64,000 nt of DNA from Zygnema circumcarinatum SAG 698-1b (GCA_037447605.1 CM074805.1:4497361-4561360), one strand, 5' to 3'. Counted from the first letter of the stretch, positions 37,943-51,774 are shown. A program made the numbers and translations. The notes: a model not told the origin generated them from the sequence alone.

Positions 37943-38325
37943 TAGGGATGGCCCGCGTTATAAATTCCGAATATATTATATAATTTACAACGGGTTTAAA
38001 ATTAGTAATATATTACAAAGTAAAACACTTTATTACATATATTATACCCACCCGTTTTGGACAATTAACGACCGTACGACCGTACGAGTAAGGTCGTACG
38101 GTCGTACCATACCAAAATTAGGTCGTTTTGGCGTTGGCGTTGCGAAATGCGTTCGTCTGGTTTTCTGTCTGCTCGTGCTCGGGCCGCATAATACCGTACA
38201 ATCGTACGACCGTACGACCGTACATGTTGTAAAGGCGTTGTAAATTAATATATATCAGCCGTTATCTATTCGTCACAGTTGTATAATATAATATATAATA
38301 TATAATCGTAACTAATCCATCCCTA
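37943..38325. mobile_element. Non-autonomous hAT (Ac/Ds-like) element, 383 bp
   Basis: TIRs TAGGGATGG...CCATCCCTA (Ac-like) and a perfect 8-bp TSD GTCAGGAC at 37935-37942 and 38326-38333. AT-rich subterminal regions and internal CGTACG palindromes. Confidence 0.92.
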
Positions 38326-38583
38326 GTCAGGACCATGCCATGCCATGCCGTGCCGTGCCACATGCCATGCCATGCATTATACGTTACCATGCCGCACCTT
38401 ATGCGGTGGACCCACAGACTGCACGAACCCATCGGTTTTTCGAAATAGCGACTCGTATTCTCGATACAGAGATATGAATCAGAGCGTACAAAAATCTTAG
38501 ATAGATCTCATATAAATTCTTAAGATGTTGTGTGCATGCAGCAGCCAGTAAAAGAACGGCCGCTCGAATCTATCTGCAGATTT

Positions 38584-39489
38584 TGTGAGAGGGGCAGAGG
38601 GATGAGAAGCAAATTCACCTTCCACCCTTTCTCCCTCTTCACTGTCCATGGAAACTTCCCTCCTGGTGCCCGCAGCACTCTCACTCATTTTTCACTCACG
38701 TGCATACACAACACACGAGAGGCGGAATAGAAAAACGTAGGAGAAAGCTCCCAGCCTAAAACTCCTTTATGATGACAAGCTTTCCAACTCAAGCCCCCAT
38801 AAGCCTAGTCAAGCTTTCACCACATGATCACTTCACCTTCACGTGAGGCAGCTCTCCACACACGGAGACTCCTCACAAAGGTCCACCTCCTGTTGCCAAA
38901 GCCATGCCTTCAAACTGCCATAGCCTTGCAATGCATATCAAGAAGGTTTCTAACTTACACACCCACTCTCACTATATAGTATGGGGTCGCGGACGTGACC
39001 ATGTCACGCCACACGCGTCGACGCACGCAACAACCTTATTCAAACAACCTAAATAAACTACTGTCTTGCTATGCATGGCATTAACGTACCGCAACGCATC
39101 TCAACACTCATTTAACCCAGATGTATTATGTACTCTACCGCCGGAAATTAACTTCCCGCTGGCCACCCACAAGGACTATCTTCCAGACAAGAAAGTACGC
39201 CCGGCTGACTCCACCGATTTCGCCACCTTTTGCCGCCGCATCAGTCCACGATTCCGTACGCCAGGACCGATTCCTCGGCGCGGTACCAAATGTCGGACTC
39301 TCGGCCGTACTGTCCGTACCGACCGTACGGTCCGTACGGTCCACACTATCCGTACGGTTGCGCGGTGGTCGGTCTGCCACAAGACGCTGAAGTAAGTCCG
39401 TCCCCATACATGTCACACCTAGAAGCACACCCCTAGGAACTAAGCGCCAACACAAACATGCTAATCTGAACTAACTATGTACACTAACA
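38584..39489 (-). repeat. Copia LTR A (3' LTR)
   Basis: TG...CA ends; preceded on the minus strand by the PPT AAAGAGGGGGAA; homologous to the other two LTRs. Confidence 0.88.
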
Positions 39490-42400
39490 TTCCCCCTCTT
39501 TGGCACTTTAGTTCCCCGAGAGGCCCCAAAATTTCACGAGACTGAATTAACTGGTTGTCTCACCATCGACCGCCTCACAAGATATCTACCGCTTCCTCGG
39601 GTTCCAATGAACTTGATAATGATAAGTCTTCACCTCCCGCCTCAATGTAATGCGTTGGACGTTCCGCTGCCCGCCAGGGAACACCGGATTCTCCATGAGA
39701 GCAATAGAGGATTGATTGTCTGTGAAGAGTGGTAAGGGGAGTTGAGGCCGCTCACACTCCCCAAAGAAGTTCCGCAGCCACACACACTCCCTGGCTGCAT
39801 GGCAAGCTGCCATATACTCTGCTTCAGTGCTGGAGAGAGCCACTGAAGACTGCAAGGTGGAATTCCATGTGATGGCCCCACCTGCATTCAAGAAAACGTA
39901 TCCAGATGTGGAGCGGGATGAATCCAAATCCCCTCCCCAGTCAGCGTCTGTATAGCCATAGACCCGGCTGCGAGTCCCCCTCTCAAACCTGAGGCCATAA
40001 TCCACGGTTCCCTTCAGAAACCGAAATATACGCTGACTCCTTCCCAATGCTCCTCGCCGGGGTTCTCCATGAATCTGCTTGCCGTGCTCACGGCTTTCGC
40101 AAGGTCAGGCCTCGTGCCTGTCATCAAATACATGAGGCTCCCAATCGCAGATCGATATGGCACTCCTGCCATTGCCTTTGCCTCCTCCTCTCAGACACGT
40201 AATATCTCCTTCGAAGCGAATCAGCCCAGGGGACTTGCATGGCCTGACTCCCACATGTCAACTTCCTAAATTAATATCTTCTCTCAGATATTTCTGGCCA
40301 AAGAATAGCGAACTATCCGCCCCTCTTCACCGGATCCCCAAGAGATACCGGCTTCTTCCAAGATCACCATTCGAAATTCCTCCCCGCAAGAGCCCAACTC
40401 AAGTAACGCCAAGCATTCTTGCCGACGCGACAAAGTCATCCACATAGACCCCAACAAACAACTTATCATCATCTTCGCCAACTGAGTACACACAAGTATC
40501 AGTCTCAAAACGATCAAACCCATAGCCCTGTAAGAGTTCATCGATCTTCTCATACCACACGCGAGGGGCCTGCTTCAGCCCATACAAACTCTTCACGAGT
40601 CTGCACACAAGGTTCTCCTTTCCCTTCTCGCACTTCCCCTCCGGCTGCTCCATGTATATCTCTTCATCAAGATCTCCATACAAGAAAGCAGTCTTTATGT
40701 CCAACTGGTGGACATGTATCCCCACGGCCGCAATAGAAATGAGGGAGCTGGAGGGAGTTGAACTTCTCACCACCACAGAGCAAAGGTCTCGTAGTCAATC
40801 CCTCCTTCCTCGATCAGAGTCTCTTGGCCACAAGTCGCCTTGTACCCATCGCATGCCGCCATTCTTTCCTCTAACCTTGAAGACCCATTTGCGGTACCGA
40901 TGGTATCGCCTCCCAGCGGAGCTTCCAGTTGCCAAGTCTCGATTCTCAATCGTGACCGTTTCCACTCACTATCAATGGCCTCCCCGCCACTGATCCGACC
41001 GCCCCTCACCTTCCCTCAAGAAGTCTCGGTGCTCAACAAGACGTGGGCCATGTAACAACGGGCAATCATGTCCATGTCACCCGAGAATGATGCAAGTAAT
41101 GATCCCGGCATTCTTTTCGTGCTTTCTTCCTCGCATAGCGCTTCAGAGGCACAGCCTCGATCGAAACGATTTCGAGTCGCTTGGTCCTCCCACTTGTCTT
41201 CCATCACGTAGTGGATGCTCAGCCGCCCACAAAATGCGACGAGCCGACACTTCTCCTCTCGCTCATCACCCATCTCCCCAAAGAACTCTTCATTCGCCAG
41301 CCGCACGTGGTTTTGAAGCTGGCTCAACTTATGCGCATGCCGGCCGCCTCCTCTCGCAGGAACCGGAGGTCTCCCCAGACTTCGTGAGTCGACATGCCTT
41401 CCCCGATGGTCCTACCTGACTCCCTCGCATGTCTCCCCAATGTGGAGAACCCAAGGGAGTAAAGGTCACCGGTTTTGTCTCATCATCACTCTCTCGACTC
41501 TACGTGCCGCCGTGGACGAATGGGCGTGGCACCTCCCTCCGCCTGAGCTTCGAAATACACCGGGCACCTTCTCCCGCCGTGGTGACTCACAATCACTTCA
41601 CCTTCATAGGTGAACTGAGGACACGCACTCCACAAGACGCCCATGAGTGGGTAAAGGGACGGGGCAAGTAAGATCCTCATCCACCTCACGCCCTCGCTGA
41701 TCTCTACCTTTCGTCTCGCTATACACCCCGTAAGCTCCCGCAATCACCGGGCGCATCCAGCAAGAAAGAAGCCCTCCTTGCCCCTTGGGAAAAACTTCCC
41801 TCCACGCGCGACATTCGGTATCGCATACCAACACTTTGATCCAAATGCTTTCAAGTGTCCCACAGTGGGCTTCGTCCCACTCCACACCTCATCAGGCACT
41901 CGATCCTCCAAGACCGGCGCGACTCGGACACCTGCTCTCACATAAGCTGCGCCACACCGCTTCTCCCCAAAATGTCACAGAAATGCGTACTACGCAACAT
42001 CGCTCCCAAGCAAGTCTCCAAGAGTCTTGTTCACTCTCTCTCGCAGCCGGCCATTCCGCGCGAAGATGCAAGCAGAACTCCCGCTTGATTCCTAAGCCTC
42101 TCAAATACTCAATCGAACACCTTGTTCTTGAATTCCTCCTCCATCGGTTCAACGGAGGTTCTGAGTAGATGTCGCCTCCCGCCCGCACGCGATCTTCCAA
42201 GCTCGGCCGGATAAGCCAGTCGACTTCCGCGGCCGGGCATATACACCACCTACCTTTTCGTGGAAAGTAGGGCCATCATGGTTGATGAAATATCGACTTC
42301 CTTCCAAGCTCGGGTGATGGGGCCACATGTCTCAGGTGTGTACAAGCGCCAACGGCCCGCGCCTTCCATCTCCTCTTCGCACGCACGGGCCCACTATGGA

Positions 42401-43899
42401 TCTTCCCTAATGCGCCGCCAGAAATCCTCCTCAGGATCAATCAAGACCTCCAAGTCCAAGCCTCGACCAACCCCTTTCTCGAGCTAACTCCCCTGCATGG
42501 CTCAAAAACTCACATGCCCAAGCCTCCTATGCCACCTCTCGCATCTTCATCTGGGTCATAAGGCAAACTCACTCTCCTTCTTCTTCTTCGTGCTTACTCC
42601 ATCAGAAGACGCATAAAGCCTCTTCGGTGCGCCCCCTTTAAATAAGACATTCCCGCTTAAGTGTCTAGCCACGCAATTTGCTATCAAAAGTGATCGAGTA
42701 ACCCTCGTAATACTTGTCCCATTGCATAATAAAGTTGTGCCGCGAAATCCCGTGGGTATAAAGCACGTTACCAATCATGGTAGCCGCCTTCACCTCTCCT
42801 CCTAAGACGATCCTCACGCGCCGCCTCCGCCATGCTGGTCACCTTCACTTCCTCACCGCCGACCGAACCGGAATCTAGGGGCCTCGGAGCCGGCCCGGTC
42901 TCGTAGAACAACCCCTGGGCCTCGCGACACATGCGCCGACGCCTCAATCAATGAGCCACGGCCGTCCTTCACACACATTCTCCCCACAACTCCACACGCC
43001 AAGCCAAAGAAACATCAAGTTTGTATCAAGTAGCTACAAAGCATCTCCCAATCAATGCCTTGTGACCTCTTCTTGCACTTGAAGCAAGCGCCAGGAACTC
43101 CTTCTGCTCGGGACTTCGCTCTTGGCTGCCCCTCCCCCTTCACTTGGGCCTTTGCCGAACGCACTCGCTGGGAGAAGCGACTGCTTTCCTCATTGGGTGG
43201 CATGTCCCTTGGACATCTCCGCCACCTTCCCTCCTCGCTTTGCCTTTCCTGTGCTTCCCTTCATCGCCAACACGCCTACCAAGACGGAGCGCGCCATGAA
43301 GAGCGCCCTTCACGTAATCCGCCAGCTTTCACCGCTCAAAGGTCAGCAAGAAGAAGTGGTAAGAACTGCTCGGCGGGCGCCGCGATGTGCCGCCAAAGCC
43401 ACCGGGTAAACCAACCAAGAATCAAGGCCGATCTTATGATCCACTCAAGACCCTTGCCCATCACCACGGCGCTGCATGAGATCACAAAGCGCCCCCATGT
43501 AGTCGCCGCCTTCTCATCCAAGCTCATCTTTCACTTCCGGAAGCTCGCAGGCTGCACCATCGCGGACGCTGCTGTCCTCGTGATCGCATATGTCCTCCAA
43601 ACACTTCCACATCTCGTAGACGGCCGAGGTCGTGAGCATGCGTGAAGGCTGCCCTTCAAACTCATTGCACTGAGCGATGGCCTTGTTGTCACGGCCTAAT
43701 TTGCAGCTCCTCCACCTGATGTAGCCGGCGGCGCCTTCTCACCTTCCCGCCACATGACCAAGCAAAGTCCTTCCTTCAAGTAGGAGTCACCGCCATTTCC
43801 ATCCTTTTGTAGTCTGCCCCATCAAAATGCAGGACATTAAACTTCACACTAGCCCTCGTTTTCCTTTCTTCTTCTTTCACCATGAGCTTCGATACCACT
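39490..43899 (-). pseudogene. Copia internal region 1 (frameshifted gag-pol)
   Basis: Gag start MVKEEERK...FDGADY at 43883; RT fragments HQLDIKTAFLYGDLDEEIYMEQPEG, LVKSLYGLKQAPRVW, VYVDD; RNase H YTDADWGGDLDS.RSTSGY...SSTEAEY. Confidence 0.9.
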
Positions 43900-44801
43900 T
43901 GCGTAGAGGGCGTAGGACGAAGCAAATTCACCTTCCACCCTTTCTCCCTCTTCACTCTCCATGGAAGCTTCTCTCCTTGTGCCCTCAGCACTCTCATTCA
44001 TTTTTCACTCACGTGCATACACAACACACGAGAGGCGGAATAGAAAAACGTAGGAGAAAGCTCCCAGCCTAAAACTCCTTTATGATGACAAGCTTTCCAA
44101 CTCAAGCCCCCATAAGCCTAGTCAAGCTTTCACCACATGATCCACTTCACCTTAGCATTGAGGCTGACTCTCCGCATGCGAGACTCCTCAAGGTCCCTCA
44201 TTGCCGAAGCCATGCCTTCAAACTGCCATAGCCTTGCAATGCATATCAAGAATGTTTCTAAATTACACACCCACTCTCACTATATAGTATGGGGCTGTGA
44301 CGTGACATTGTCACGTAACACGCGCCGGGACCATGCATGCAACAACCTTATTCAAACAACCTAAATAAACTGCGCCGTGTCTTGCTATGCATATTACACC
44401 CAGCGGCAAGCATTAACACCACCGCTCTAACCCGGATGGCCCATGTACTCTACGCCCATTTGAACTTCGCCCGTCACCCACAAGGACTATCTTCCGTACG
44501 CAAAGTACGCTCCGCCGACTCCACCGACTTCGCCACCTTTTGCCGCCGCATCAGTCCACGATTCCGTACGCCAGGACCGATTCCTCGGCGCGGTACCAAA
44601 TGTCGGACTCTCGGCCGTACTGTCCGTACCGACCGTACGGTCCGTACGGTCCACACTATCCGTACGGTTGCGCGGTCGGTCTCGCCGCCGCGCGCACGCT
44701 GAAGTAAGTCCGTCCCCATACATGTCACACCTAGAAGCACACCCCTAGGAACTAAGCGCCAACACAAACATGCTAATCTGAACTAACTATGTACACTAAT
44801 A
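43900..44801 (-). repeat. Copia LTR B (shared middle LTR)
   Basis: Has a PPT on one side and a PBS on the other, so it serves both internal units; its minus-strand 5' end reads TA instead of TG. Confidence 0.88.
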
Positions 44802-47800
44802 TTCCCCCTCTTTGGCACTTTAGTTCCTGAGAGGCCCCAGCCCAATGAGATCCGAATTAATCTCAAGGTCTCTCCACCCACTTACATTTTGCGCCTTAAG
44901 TCCCGACATATCGGTACACTTGCCTGCTCCACGGTTCCAATGAACTTGATCTTGCAATGAGTCCCTCTCACCTCTGTCTCAGCGTAATGGTATTGGATCA
45001 GAATGCTTGTAAAACGTGGAACACGGATTCTCCATGAGCAATAGTTGATTGTCTGCAGTGGTAAGGGGAGTTGGTAAGCTCACACTCCCCAAAGAAGTTC
45101 CTTGACACACTCCACTGGTGCATGGCAAATTTGCCATATCTTTACCTTGATGCTGGAGAGCCAGCGAAGGCCTGGGTGGGCCATGTGATGGCCCCACACG
45201 CATTCAAAACATTAATCAGATGTGGGCGGGATGAATCCAAATCCCCTCGGTCGACGTCTGTATAGCCATAGACTTCATTTTGCGAGTCCCCTCTGGCACG
45301 GTGCAATCAGTTCCCTTGAGAAACCGAAATATAAACGGCTCCTTCCCAATGCTCCTGCTTGGGGTTCTCCATGAATGCAACTGGGTGCTCCGCGTACACC
45401 ATGGAGTCGGGGCACCAGTGCGTCATCAAATACATGAGGCTCCCAATCGCAGATCGATATGGCACTCCTGCCATTGCCTTTGCCTCCTCCTCTGTAGACG
45501 GGGACATCTCCTTCGTGAAGCGAACTCGACCTCCATGGGACTTGTCGCGTAGCTTGCAAACCCAGCATGTTGAACCAGCCAGCCATCTACTGCATACTTC
45601 CTTTGACAAAGGAATAGCGAACCATCAGCCCCTCTTACATTTGGATCCCAAGAATCTTGGAGCTTCTCAAGATCGATCATGGAAATTCTCACTAGAGCTC
45701 CTTCTTCTGCAATCTTTGAAGAGACTTGCTTGATCATGGTCGAGGTCATCCACATAGACCCCAACAAACAACTTATCATCATCTTAAGCGAATTACGCTG
45801 GAAGTGTCGGTCTCAAAGCGATCAAACCCGCCCAGCCTGTAAAGAGTTCATCGATCTTCTCATACCACCGCAGTTTTGCCCCGGCCATACAAACTCTTAG
45901 CGATGCGCACCGCAGGTTCTCCTTTCCCGCTACCGCGCCCTCTCAGAACGCTCCGCGTATATCTCTTCATCAAGATCTCCATACAAAAGCTGATCTTGAT
46001 GTCAAGCTGAGTGGACATGCATCCCCTCTCACGGTACAGTAGAAATGAGGGGCGGAGGGGAGTTGAACTTCACAGCGGGGGCAAAGGTCTACGTGTAGTC
46101 AATCCCCTCCTTCTGACTGTAGCCCTTGGCCACAAGTCGCGCCTTGTACCTATCGATGCTGCCGTCCGCCTTCCTCTTAACCTTGAAGACCCATTTGCAG
46201 CCGATGGCACGCCTCCCAGGTGGGAGCTTCTCCAAGCGCCAAGTCTGATTCTCAATCAGACTGTTCCACTCACTATCAATGGCCTCCTGCCACTTGATCT
46301 GATCTGGCCCCACAACAGCTTCCCCGTAAGTCTGAGGCTCAACANNNTNNGNCANNNNACANNGGGCAATCNTGTCNNTGTCACCTGAGAATGATNCAGA
46401 ATGATCCTGGGCATTCTTTCGTGCTTTCTTCCGCATGCGCTTCGTAGGCACAGCCGGACTGAAACGATTTGGAGGCCGCCTGGTCCTCCCACTTGTCTTC
46501 TCCATCACGGAGAGATGCTCTTGAGGCTGCTCTACAACTCGCATTGGAGCTGGTGCATCCTCCTTTGGCTCAACAGCCATCTCCTCCAGCAACTCTTCAT
46601 TCGCCGCTGCACGTGGTTCTGAAGCCACCAACTTATGCGGCATGCTGGCTGCCTCCTCTCGTGAACTGGAGGTCTCCTCCTGAGACTTCGTAGCTGATGC
46701 CTCCTTCGATGGTCCCACGGACTCCTGCATGTCTCCCCAATGTGGAGAACCCAAGGGAGTAAAGGTCACCGGTTTTGTCTCATCATCACTCTCTGACTCT
46801 ACAGGCCGTCGTGAATGAATGGGCGTGGCACTCTCCTCCGTCTGAGCTTGAGTGGCCACTGGCACCTTCTCCTGCTCAGGGTGACTCACAATCACTTCAC
46901 CTTCATAGGTGAATCGAGTGGAACCGCGACTCGCTCCCGTACGCCTCCATGAGTGGGTAAAGGGGACGTGTGCAGCATCCTCATCCACCCTCACGTCCCT
47001 GCTGATCTCTACCTTCTTGGTCTCAAGGCTATACACCCTGTAAGCCCTGCAATCACTGGCGTATCCAAGAAAGAAGCCCTCCTTGCCCCTTGGGAAAAAC
47101 TTCCCTCCACCTTGGCGACCTTGATTGCTCGCATACCAACACTGATCAAATGCTTTCCAAGTGTCCCGGTGGGCCGTCCCCTCCACACCTCATCCCGGGC
47201 ACTTTCGATCCTCGGGCCGATGGCAGACACATTCTCACATGAGGTCATCCTTCTCCCCAAAATATCCCGCAGGAAATGGTGAGTCATGCAACATCGTCCT
47301 TGCCATGTCTCCAAGAGTCTTGTTCACTCTCTCTGCAGCTCCATTACTCTGCGGTGAGTATGCAGCAGAGAACTCCTGCTTGATTCCCAAGCCTCTCAAA
47401 TACTCACTGAACACCTTGTTCTTGAATTCTCCTCCATTGTCTGAACGGAGGTTCTTGAGTAGATGGCCGCTCTCCCGCTCTGCACGCATCTTCCAAACTC
47501 TGAAAATTTGGATAGCGTCGGACCGTATCCAGAGCACCACCCAAATCTTTAGGTAATTAGTCATCAAGAGAAGTGATGAAATATCGACTTCCTTCAAGCC
47601 ATTTGGTGATGGGGCCACCTGAAGTGCAGTATTGCTGGCATACTTGGCTCCTTGGTAGCGCCCTCTCCATCTCCTCTTAGCGAATGGCCCACGATGGATC
47701 TTCCCTTTAATGCGGTCTTATGCAAATCCTCGTGGATCGACCGCACCCTCAGTCAAACCTTGGACCAGCCCCTTCGAGCTAACTCCCGCATGGCTCGAAA

Positions 47801-49144
47801 ACTCACATGCCCCGAAGCCTCTATGCCATACGCACCTCATCTTGGGTCATAAGCCAAAGCTGACTCTCCTTCTTCTTGAGGCTTACTCCAGCGTAAGGCG
47901 GTCTGAGGCCCTATGATTGCCTGAAATAAGACATTCAGTTTCTTATGTCTAGCCGCATAATTACCTTATCAAAAGTGGTGAGTAACCTGTTGCTACCTTG
48001 TCCCACAGAGACACAAAGTTGTCTTTGCAGCGAGGGTATAAACCTTTAGATTACCAATCGCCGGTAAACGCCCTTCACTCTCTCCTCCCAAGACGATCCT
48101 CCGTCACTCATTTGGTCGCCTTATTCCTCACCGGTCGGTAATTTGGCAGGCTGAGCGAGGGCTGGGCGATCTCATCTCGTAGAACAGCCCGGTCTGCACA
48201 CATGTGCGTCGACGCCCTGAATCAATGACCCCGCGACTGCCGGGTCCTTCAGCACATTCTCCGCCGCTCAGCGTCTTAACAATGAGTATCAAAGTTTGTA
48301 TGTTAGCAGCGCCAATCAATGCTCTTGTGACCCTTCTTCTTGCGCAAAGCCAGCTGTGAATTTCCTTCTTGCTTTCGACTTATCTTGGCGTCCCTCCACC
48401 GCTTGGGCCGCGCTATAGCAGGAGCGACGCTCGTTGGAGTAGTGACACGGCTTCCCACAAATTGAAGCATGTCCCTACTGGGGCGATCTCCGCCACCTCC
48501 TCTTTGCTTACTTGCTCCCAAAAACCCCTTCCTCGTAACTTACGCTCTCTCACTTTCGCATCGTCATGGCGTCCTCTTCAGCGAATCAAACAACCGCTTT
48601 GCTCAAAGGTCGAAAGAAAGTGGTAAACTGAACCGAAGAGCATTTAAGTAATGCCGTCCATGTTGGGCAAACCAACCAAGAAGCTGGTGATCTTATGATG
48701 CGACTCAGACCACTTGCCCATCACAGCGCATAGAGGCATCCGCCCCATGTAGTGGTCGACCACCATCGAAGCTTCGTCTTAAATCTTCAGGAGCTCGATA
48801 CGGGTGCACCAACTGTATTTGTCGCCGCGTCGTACATGTCCTCAAACACTTCCACATCTCGTAGACGGCCGAGGTCGTGAGCATGCGTGAAGGCTGCCCT
48901 TCAAACTCATTGCACTGAGCGATGGCCTTGTTGTCACGGCCTAATTTGCAGCTCCTCCACCTGATGTAGCCGGCGGCGCCTTCTCACCTTCCCGCCACAT
49001 GACCAAGCAAAGTCCTTCCTTCAAGTAGGAGTCACCGCCATTTCCATCCTTTTGTAGTCTGCCCCATCAAAATGCAGGACATTAAACTTCACACTAGCCC
49101 TCGTTTTCCTTTCTTCTTCTTTCACCATGAGCTTCGATACCACT
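44802..49144 (-). pseudogene. Copia internal region 2 (frameshifted gag-pol)
   Basis: Integrase LRSDNGGEF...SPQSNGAAERVNKTL (47235-47618); ORF 46089-47186 with GFFLGYASDCRAYRVY...W.EAIDSEWNSLIENQTW...GCKWVFKVKRKADGSIDRYKARLVAKGYSQ. Confidence 0.9.
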
Positions 49145-50065
49145 TGCGTAGAGGGCGTAGGACGAAGCAAATTCACCTTCCACCCTTTCTCCCTCTTCAC
49201 TCTCCATGGAAGCTTCTCTCCTTGTGCCCTCAGCACTCTCAATTCATTTTTCACTGAAGTGCATACACAACACACAAGAGGCGGAATAGAAAAACGAAGG
49301 AGAAAGCTCCCAGCCTAAAACTCCTTTATGATGACAAGCTTTTGGCTCAAAAATTTTACCAGCCTAGTCAAGCTTTCACCACATGATCACTTCCTTCACG
49401 TGAGGCGGCTCTCTCCCGCATGCGGGAAACGGGGTGCATACTGTTGCCAAGGCAGCCTTCCAGCTGCCGCCTTACTTGATGCATATCAAGAAGGTTTCTA
49501 ACTTACACGCACTCTCAGCATATAGTATGGGGGCGTGGCGTGAGCCATCGCATCACGCGTCACACGCCTTGCGAGACACATCACGTCGCGACGACGCTTA
49601 TTCAAGCAACCTAAATAAACTACTTAGGTAATGTAGCATGCATAGTACACCCGGCGGCAAACAGCGATACCACCAACACCACGAAACTCTAACCGGATGG
49701 CCTGCTTGCTCTACCGTAGAAGTACGGAACTTCCGTCGCCCCCACAAGGGGCCCATCTCTTACTTATGGCGCAGCTCCAGCGGAACTCACATGGAAACTT
49801 GCCGCGCACGCCGCCGCATCAGTCCACGATTCCGGCGCGCCGGGACCCGATTCCTGCGACTAGCGGTACCAAATGTCGGACTCTCGGCCGTACCGTCCGT
49901 ACCGTCCGTACGGTCCATACTATCCGTACGGTTGCGCGGTCGGTCTCGCCGCCGCACGCACGCTGAAGTTAGTCCGTCCCCATACATGTCACACCTAGAA
50001 GCACACCCCTAGGAACTAAGCGCCAACACAAACATGCTAATCTGAACTAACTATGTACACTAACA
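49145..50065 (-). repeat. Copia LTR C (5' LTR)
   Basis: TG...CA ends, followed on the minus strand by a 2-nt spacer and the PBS; the TSD GATTT is adjacent. Confidence 0.88.
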
Positions 50066-51774
50066 GATTTTAATCCGTGACCAATCTACTGGGATCGCCA
50101 TTGCGTCACGACGGCAGGATGGCGGATCCCAATCTTATCGGCCTTAAATGCGTGAAGGCCTGGGCTTGGGTGTCCGTACACATCCTCGCAAAATTCCAGC
50201 CAATGGAGCACATCCACCTGACAAACAATCTCTGGTCAAGATTGGTCCTTGAAACATATTTTCGGACCGCCTCAAAAGCGCCGCGACGGAGAATTTTTAA
50301 TTATAAAATCTGCCCGACTGTGTGTCGATCCAAAAAGGGGGTGGATTTATCCGTTCCCTTTAAAAAACTAGTACTGTAACAAGCCTTGAGCTCCAAGCCC
50401 AAAACCTGCTAGAGACTAAGTCACATGAATGTATAATGCTGGTTTCCAGAGTGTATGCAAGTGCCGCATCTCTGATACAATTGCATACGCTCCACGCCCC
50501 TTTATACGCTCCCCCCGTCGAACCCTCTACCAGCGTGAGGGACCGGGAGCAGGGCTAGCCAATAGCAAAATGCCATGTGGCCAACATTGGAAAAAAGTCA
50601 ACGACCTTTCATTGCCGCTAGCTGAGTCCAATATACGTACACGACGAACCACGCCGCACGAGATTGGATCGCGCGCCCTTGACGAACGCGACACGTCGCG
50701 TTGAAAAGTCGCCGACAGTCCGTACCATCCGTACCATCCGTACAGATGCGTACGGATCCGTATGCCTGAGCGGTACGGTTGTACGGAGGCCTTGTACGGC
50801 CGAACCGCACAATTAATCTCCAGAATGCCGGCGGCATTATGGTAACGGTCTCCATGACGCGCAGGGCATCATGGTGTCTGTAGCGTTCAGTTCGCTACAA
50901 GTACGGTCTGGGGGTCGTCAGCGGAAGCACTTGCACTGCAGCCAATCAGGAGCACCGACTACCCGAACGAAAAGACAGTACGGTTAATTTGTCGCTTAGC
51001 ATAATACCAAGCCGACTCCCTTGTCGTGTAGGACAGTTTCACAGGCCCCCATAAGTACGGCCGGCGCCGGCAGCCAGCAACGGCAAGTTCTGCCGGTCAC
51101 GGCCGATACGTCAGCATTGTGGCGGTATCACCATCCTCGAGGAACCGCCGTCGATATTATTTGGCCGCGCTGGAAGCGCATTTTTGCTATCGAAACACAC
51201 CCCAAATCGAATGGCAGCCAATCACGGTGAGCAGAAACATGCACTATTGACGTGGCAAATAATGGTACGCGTGCCCTGCTGGCAGAAGACGCCGCACTTT
51301 TTTGTCGTACTAACCCGGCGCCAACGACGGCCGTCGACTCGTACGGTTCCCCAGATGCGGATTTTACCGTACCAGTTACCGTACTGAAGAGAAACGTCCG
51401 TCGGTCTAAAATGAGAAAACATACCGTGCTCCAAACTTCTTTTTTGAATTTTCCCTGTTAAAGAATACTCCATCTAGAATGTCTCTAGCATTATTGCGGA
51501 CGAGCAAACGTCCCGTTGACATGCTTAACCTTTCAGATACCAGTAAGTGATACTGCATGTGTGACCATTAGGGATGGATTAGTTACGACTATATAATATA
51601 TATTATATTATACAACTGTGACGACTAGATAACGGCTGATATATATTAATTTACAACGCCTTTACAACATGTACGGTCGGACGGTCGTACGGTCGAACGA
51701 CTGTACGGTATTATGCGGTACGGATGCACGAGCAGACAGAGTGAACCAGACGGACGCATTTCGCAACGCCAACG

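Larger units (their letters stand above)
38584..50065 (-). mobile_element. Tandem Ty1/Copia LTR retrotransposon array (LTR-internal-LTR-internal-LTR), coding regions disrupted
   Basis: Three ~0.9-kb LTR copies (38584-39489, 43900-44801, 49145-50065). PBS TGGTATCGAAGC (tRNA-iMet-like) at 43886-43897 and 49131-49142; PPTs at 39490-39501 and 44802-44813. Domain order gag-PR-INT-RT-RNaseH on the minus strand. The 5-bp TSD GATTT lies at 38579-38583 and 50066-50070. Confidence 0.92.

Noticed and set aside
39290-39360. CRISPR-like or iteron-like regular repeats
   Set aside because: These are short motif clusters inside eukaryotic LTRs, with no repeat-spacer periodicity and no cas genes.
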